A stretch of 64,000 nt of DNA. Source: Macrostomum lignano (taxonomy: Eukaryota). Position 1 is the first letter of the stretch. Each line of letters opens with the position of its first letter. The notes below the pieces were generated by a model. The model worked only from the letters and a program-made list of their open reading frames with translations. It had not been told where the DNA came from and did no database searches. The DNA lies in NCBI GenBank assembly GCA_002269645.1, contig NIVC01000212.1, positions 124,001 to 188,000 of the forward strand, written 5' to 3'. This document shows, piece by piece, positions 58,330 to 64,000 of this stretch. The position numbers and the translations under genes were made by a program.

Positions 58330-58840
58330 CTGTCTTGGACAAAGCTGCAGTCTCTCCCTTACATAGTCTTCGTCGTCACTGTCAGCCTGCAGGTTGTCAT
58401 CGGCGATGCAGTTGACGGTGATGGTTGGCGCGTGCGAGCCCTGATAGTAGATGGTGATTGACTCCTCGCCCGGTGAACATCCTCCTGGAATGGTGGGGCC
58501 GTTATAGGGGAGGCTCATTCAGACAGTTGGAGATTAAAAACTTCATCTGAGACAGTTAAGGCTTCAAACATCACAGGAGAGAGACAGAAGAGAGTCCCAG
58601 GTTTGTCTATCGCCCACTGACCCTGCTTGCTCAGGCCGCTGTAGTGACCGCCGGTGCCCCCGCCAAGGCTACTGCCGCCGCCACCAAGGCTGATTGCTCC
58701 ACCGCTGCCTGCGCCTCCAACGGCGCTTCCGCCGGCTCCACCGCCAGCGCCGCCCCCGCTGCTACCGCAGCCGCCAAGCTCGTCCAAGTTTGTACACGAG
58801 GCCATTATCTCGCGACTGCTTCGGGACTGGAATTGGTTGG
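58330..58840 (-). CDS. Probable internal exons (Gly-rich, then acidic) of the same minus-strand gene
   Basis: SRSSREIMASCTNLDELGGCGSSGGGAGGG.. and ..ITIYYQGSHAPTITVNCIADDNLQADSDDED with plausible splice sites; joins not resolved. Confidence 0.45.
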
Positions 58841-61499
58841 GTGATGAGATTTTAATTCACTGATAAGTTGGTTAGAGAATGTAAGTTGTACGACGTTGTT
58901 AAATAGAGATTTTTTATCTCGAGCTTCTACTCTATATCTCAAACTGCAAATTTGAAAAGCAAGAAAGACTATTCGACGATGTGATGTAGTTTATGAAATA
59001 TTTAAAGTATCGAGCTCATATGAAATTTTACTGCCTTCGACGATATAAAATTTTTAGCTCGTGGAACGGGGGGATTCGAGCCTGCGCCAGTTGCCCAGGG
59101 TTGGGCAGCGGCCGGAGGCTGGAGAGAGAGGTTGGGTGGGATTGCTGCAAAACCGCATCAACGGACAGATGGCGGCTTAGCTGTGTAAGACTAGGAGACT
59201 ACAGACTAGCTGGGCTGTCTTTGGTAGATCGAGTTGTGAGGGTGTGAGAGCGACAGAGCAAGAAGACAGCTCTGAGCAGTTTGCTTTGCACTTTTCTTGG
59301 CTAGGGATCTTCCCCCCCCCCGAACCCGATCTTGCAACTGGTACACTTGCAGCATAAGGAACTTTAAGCAAGAATTGAAGCAGTCTTTTTGATCGGAATG
59401 GTAAATAAGGGTGGAAATTTTCAGAGTTGAAAAACTTGCGTGATTTAAAACACCCGATATCGATTTTTTGACCTATAAACTTCTTCAACGTCATCCAGGT
59501 TATTTACACTTTCGCTCGGTTATAGATACTATACTCAGCAACATTGAAAAGTCGCCACCCTTTGCCCCAGTGAGCAGTGTCTTTCGACCAGCGTCTATCA
59601 CCCGGTCAACCATTTTGATATTGATAAATGCTTAAAAAAACAATGACAACCCGGAAGCTTCAATCCATCCGATCTTCGCCCTCCGCTCTTTCCAACCCAG
59701 CCCAACTCTGCGTCGCGTCGCGCAAGTTGCGTCACTCAAAAGTCAATACTGAGCTATAATTTATTGCGCACTTTAAAAGATGGCGACTTTTTAATGTTAT
59801 TGAGTATCTACAGCAAACTTTATTATTGCATGAGGCTAGCCTTCAAAGTTTTTCTAAGAAACGAAAGTAATTTTACTATTTTCCTTTTCTTTACGCGCAC
59901 AATACATGTATTTATTATTTTTATCCTATGTCCCGATCGTCCCTCATCGATCAGTTTCAATCTCCCTTCATCAGTTCGTACGGGCTATTGCTAAATTACT
60001 AATTAATCAATTGGGATTGGGATTAAGTTCTAACTCGGGAGTGTGTGTGTGCGCGTGTGTGTTTGGCCTACTCAATCTAACGAACTGAATGTATCGGTAA
60101 AAGCTAAGTCTTCTCTCGTATTCAGAAATTTTCCTGGTGTCCAGTTTCACGCACAGGAAATCTGGTTACAAACCTGTATAGTATACACGTGAAGGTATAG
60201 TTAAAGATTGAGAATAAGCCATTGAGTCAGGCCTTTGAGAGCTACACGACAGCAAAGTTAAATGCATAGCTATTAGCATTGCTTTTGTCGATCCGGTCTG
60301 TAGTTTCACTGAAAACTAACAAAATCCATACCAGTAAGGAACTGGAGGGATTCTTCTGTTTGATTCCTCACAGCTTAATTAGTCCTTAATTAGTAGTTTA
60401 TGTAAAAATTAAGAGTTTTGCAGCACGAACTTAAATTTGCTTAAATTTATATTGTTGATTAATTTCCATTTCCATTAGTCTCTTCAAACTTAAAGCAGAT
60501 TGACATGGGAGACCACTTTGAAATAAACGCACCGAACTGTTAGGCGAGAAAAATCCGGAAAATGCTTCTATTTTTAGCGCATCTCTTCACCATAGACATC
60601 AGAGCGAATGAGTGATTCAAGTGCACAATGTAGTCTGTAACATTGGTGTAATTCTGTAACTGCACGCGAGATGAGATCAGACTGAGTAACAAGAAATGAC
60701 GATGTGCGTGAGAAAAGCCGGCGCAGACGTGAGCAGCCATACGCTTTATAGGCATGCCGGGCCTGAGCCTCGCATGCGAGGCGAGCTAAAAAAGACGATC
60801 GTGTTCGAAGAAAGACGACTGACGGAGGGCAAAGACATGCAAGTTGCTTTGACTCTGACCCGAAACCTCACCCGGGTAGGTTAGAAGGGATGGGGAGCCT
60901 CGTAGGAGGAAGAGAGGACGCAACCGGATCGGCGAGTCCAACATAACTGGAAAGAACAGATTGTATATTTTAGTTCGGCAGATTCGAGCGGAGATGATCC
61001 AATAAGTCCCAATGGGAGCTCTCCGCGCAGTTTGGCCTTTCAACGAGAAGGGAGGGGAAATGTAGAGGACGAGTGAATGGCTGAGTAGAGATGCTCAGCG
61101 TTGAGCAGGGATGAGGGCAGGCGATGGGCCATGCCTTGATGCGGTTGAGCACCTTCGCCAAGACTAGCTAGCTGTCAAGGCTGGCCGGCTGTTCCTCTTT
61201 CTGCCTCTCTCCCTCTCCCCCTTCCTCCCCGTCTCTGTTTCATTTTGCCTGTTATGTCGAACTAAGGAAATGGGAAGGTTTCCTGCAGCTGCTCACTTTT
61301 TCTGCGGGTTGCTGGCCAGTGTGTTGTTTTTCAACTATTTTTCCTCCGCAAATACTCTGCAGGGCGGGCTTTAATGTTTGATGACATGAAATTAAACTGC
61401 ACCATGCATTGTCCTTTGTTTCCGTTCATCTTTTGGTAGTTTAAAATGACAATATTTATAGCAATGCACCCTGCTCTATCTGAGCAACTGCAGTCACTG

Positions 61500-61990
61500 C
61501 TCACAATATTTAGTCCGTGCTTGCCATCCTTGCGCACGAACGCAGGCGACTGCGCCCTGCTGCCATTAGTCGATGACAAATTGTGAAACGAATTGCTCAG
61601 ACCGGATATTCGTCTCGCCTGCAGCGCGTTGAGAGCCTCAACGCTGCGCTCGGATTTTCGCTCGCCGCGCAGAATATTGTTGAGGCTCTCCTCCCAGCGT
61701 TTGAAATCGAAGCGATCCAACGGAGTCAGGTAGACACTCTTCTTCGAGTTGGAAAACCGTAGAGCCAAAGTGCGAACATTCTGACTGCCAACGGCCTGCT
61801 GGAGTTGCTCCTTCTTGCTCGACGGAACCTCCTTGGAGCTCTCATCTAGCACCTCGAGCTCGTTGAAGTTCTCCAAGTTGACCTCGTATTCGGCGTTGCA
61901 AGCGCTGGACCGCTTCTTGAACATGTAGATTGTCTGGCACTTCAGCACGCCCCACAGCTTCTGACGCTTAGATTTCGGCTTTCGAGTCAC
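61500..61990 (-). CDS. Exon encoding a PH domain, unidentified gene
   Basis: CAG acceptor, then VTRKPKSKRQKLWGVLKCQTIYMFK..LALRFSNSKKSVYLTPLDRFDFKRWEESLNNIL, with the PH beta-strand pattern and terminal helix Trp. Confidence 0.65.
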
Positions 61991-62589
61991 CTGATTGTTG
62001 ATAGCGAAATGATTGTTTTTTTATGCGAGCCGGGTTATGGGGTTTCCTGTTTGTCTGGACGGCGGGGCATTTTGAAAACTCGAAACATGAAACGTTTCAC
62101 TTGTGAATGCCCCGTCTTTACTCAGGGCAGGCCCACCTGCCTCGGGGCCCAATCCCGGACTTTTCCAATGTTTTCAGGCCCGAGAATCTCTGCCAGCTCG
62201 TCCGCTACCAAAGGGCTACGCGGGTAAAGTAACCATCCACATGGACCATCCACCTGGACTCTCTGAAAGGTGGACCAAGCTGCGGGCACCGCAGCACCAG
62301 CTGCCCATGGTTGCCAAGGGTTAACGGAATGGGCATCAACGCCTCACCGCTGTATCTGGATGCTAGGAGACTCCCTGCAACTGAGTCAAGCAAGCAAGCT
62401 TCTACCGCCACAGGAAGCTATCTCTCACCTGAAGGTTTCCTTCCAGGTCAGGGGAGGTATCGCTCCGTAGGTTATCGCTCCGTAGAACATCTTCGAATTT
62501 TCAATAATCGGAGCTCGAAAATTAAAGTAGCCCCATAGAGAGTCGAATTTCTTTTTAAAGAACTTCGTCGAACACGGACTAGATGACAG

Positions 62590-63300
62590 AGGCACCTGCG
62601 ACAACAGGGAGGCTTGAGATACGTGTCTCGGCGACTGCAAGCCCAAGTTGTTAGGCTTAGTCTCCAAGGGCAGGCTGAGGAACAAATAGGTGATGTCCAA
62701 CTCTCTTGAGGCGGACATCATCTCGAACAGGCTCTGCGGATTGTAGCTGACTGGCGTGAACTCCAGGGTCAGATGGGGCGAGGACAGCAGGATGGAGTAG
62801 CCATTGATGAGGTCTAAAGTGCAGCTGTGCAGGCAGAGAGTCAGGTGAGGCGTCAACTCTTGTGCCAGGGCCTGCCATTCGGGCCTGGTTATACCCTGGT
62901 TCCCCCACTTCGCCAAGTCGTTACTTTCCGACGCCTGACACGCGGTCGACGACGTCCCGCACGTGGCAGGCGTTGATTGTCTGGCCATCAGCAGGAGGCC
63001 GTCGGCGAGCACCAGCACCATGGGCGGCTGGTCGCTCAACGGTCCGGTCCGCACCTCGCAGAGAAAATCTGGCAGGAGAATCTCCGTAGGCGGCAGAAGA
63101 AACTCGTTAGGCTCAGCGTGTTCTGTTGATTTCTCGTGGTATTCTTTCAGGCGCTGGAGGCAGGTGGCGGTGAAAGTAGCCTGGCGGCAGCGCACCACTT
63201 TGTGCGAGTTGATTAGGGTTATTAGCTTCGGGCGCACCTGGGAGTCCCAGCTGAGGCTCATGGTGCAGCAGGGTTGCAGTTGCAAAATTGGACTTTGAAC
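62590..63300 (-). CDS. Large upstream exon of the same gene (possibly a second PH-like fold)
   Basis: Open frame after a CAG acceptor at 63301 (..MVLVLADGLLLMARQ..LLSSPHLTLEFTP); 3' boundary uncertain. Confidence 0.5.
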
Positions 63301-63349
63301 CTGCATTATGAAATCGTTTTAATCAGTTTAAAGCAGAACTTATGATTGT

Positions 63350-64000
63350 GCTCGTTTCATTTCACCCACCCCACTGCTTACCCACCTCACTGCTCACCCA
63401 CCTCACTGTTCACCCACCCCACTGCTCACCCACCCCACTTCTCACCCACCCCACTGCTCACTTACCTCACTGCTCACCCACCCACTGCTCACCCACCCCA
63501 CTGCTCACCCACCCCACTGCTCACTTACCTCACTGCTCACCCACCTCACTGCTCACCCACCCCACTGCTCACCCACCCCACTGCTCACTTACCTCACTGC
63601 TCACCCACCCACTGCTCACCCACCCACTGCTCACCCACCCACTGCTCACCCACCCACTGCTCACTTACCTCACTGCTCACCCACCCACTGCTCACCCACC
63701 CCACTGCTCACCCACCCCACTGCTCACTTACCTCACTGCTTACCCACCTCACTGCTCACCCACCTCACTGCTCACCCAGCTCACTTACCTCACTGCTCAC
63801 TTAACTCACTGCTAACCCACCCCACTGCTCACCCACCCCACTGCTCACTTACCTCACTGCTCACCCACCTCACTGCTCACCCACCTCACTGCTCACCCAG
63901 CTCACTTACCTCACTGCTCACTTAAATCACTGCTCACCCACCCCACTGCTCACCCACCCCACTGCTCACTTACCTCACTGCTCACTTACCTCACTGCTCA
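63350..64000. repeat. C-rich ~16-bp minisatellite (CCCCACTGCTCACCCA / CCTCACTGCTCACTTA)n
   Basis: Tandem units running to the end of the window. Confidence 0.93.

Overview
Eukaryotic (invertebrate animal) genomic DNA with spliceosomal introns and a very high repeat content. The style would fit a free-living flatworm such as Macrostomum, but that is inference only. Host genes: last exon of CWC27 (+), a complete 5-exon APH-1 (+), a complete 11-exon IFT172 (-, 1751 aa), a 3-exon mitochondrial acyl carrier protein NDUFAB1 (+, missing from the ORF track) head-to-head with IFT172, and exons of an unidentified PH-domain/coiled-coil gene (-) at the right end. Two transposons stand out. (1) A 12.7-kb CACTA/EnSpm-type element (22777-35486; CCC..GGG TIRs, GAT TSD) carries three co-oriented spliced genes: a transposase, an intact F-box/LRR protein and a coiled-coil/BEN-domain protein. 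It is nested in an expanded hAT-type element inside the 22-kb first intron of NDUFAB1. (2) A 4.9-kb foldback-like element in an IFT172 intron has an ISL2EU/Harbinger-like DDE transposase between ~1.7-kb inverted arms, each built of ten ~160-bp tandem units, and is inserted at AAA|TTT with no visible TSD. Also present: a LOA-like LINE with RNase H, a gag-less Ty3/Gypsy element with apparently identical LTRs, a mariner remnant, two tRNA-derived SINE families, hAT MITEs and many intron-specific minisatellites. All calls come from manual reading and remembered family motifs; no database searches were run, and repeat boundaries are approximate.
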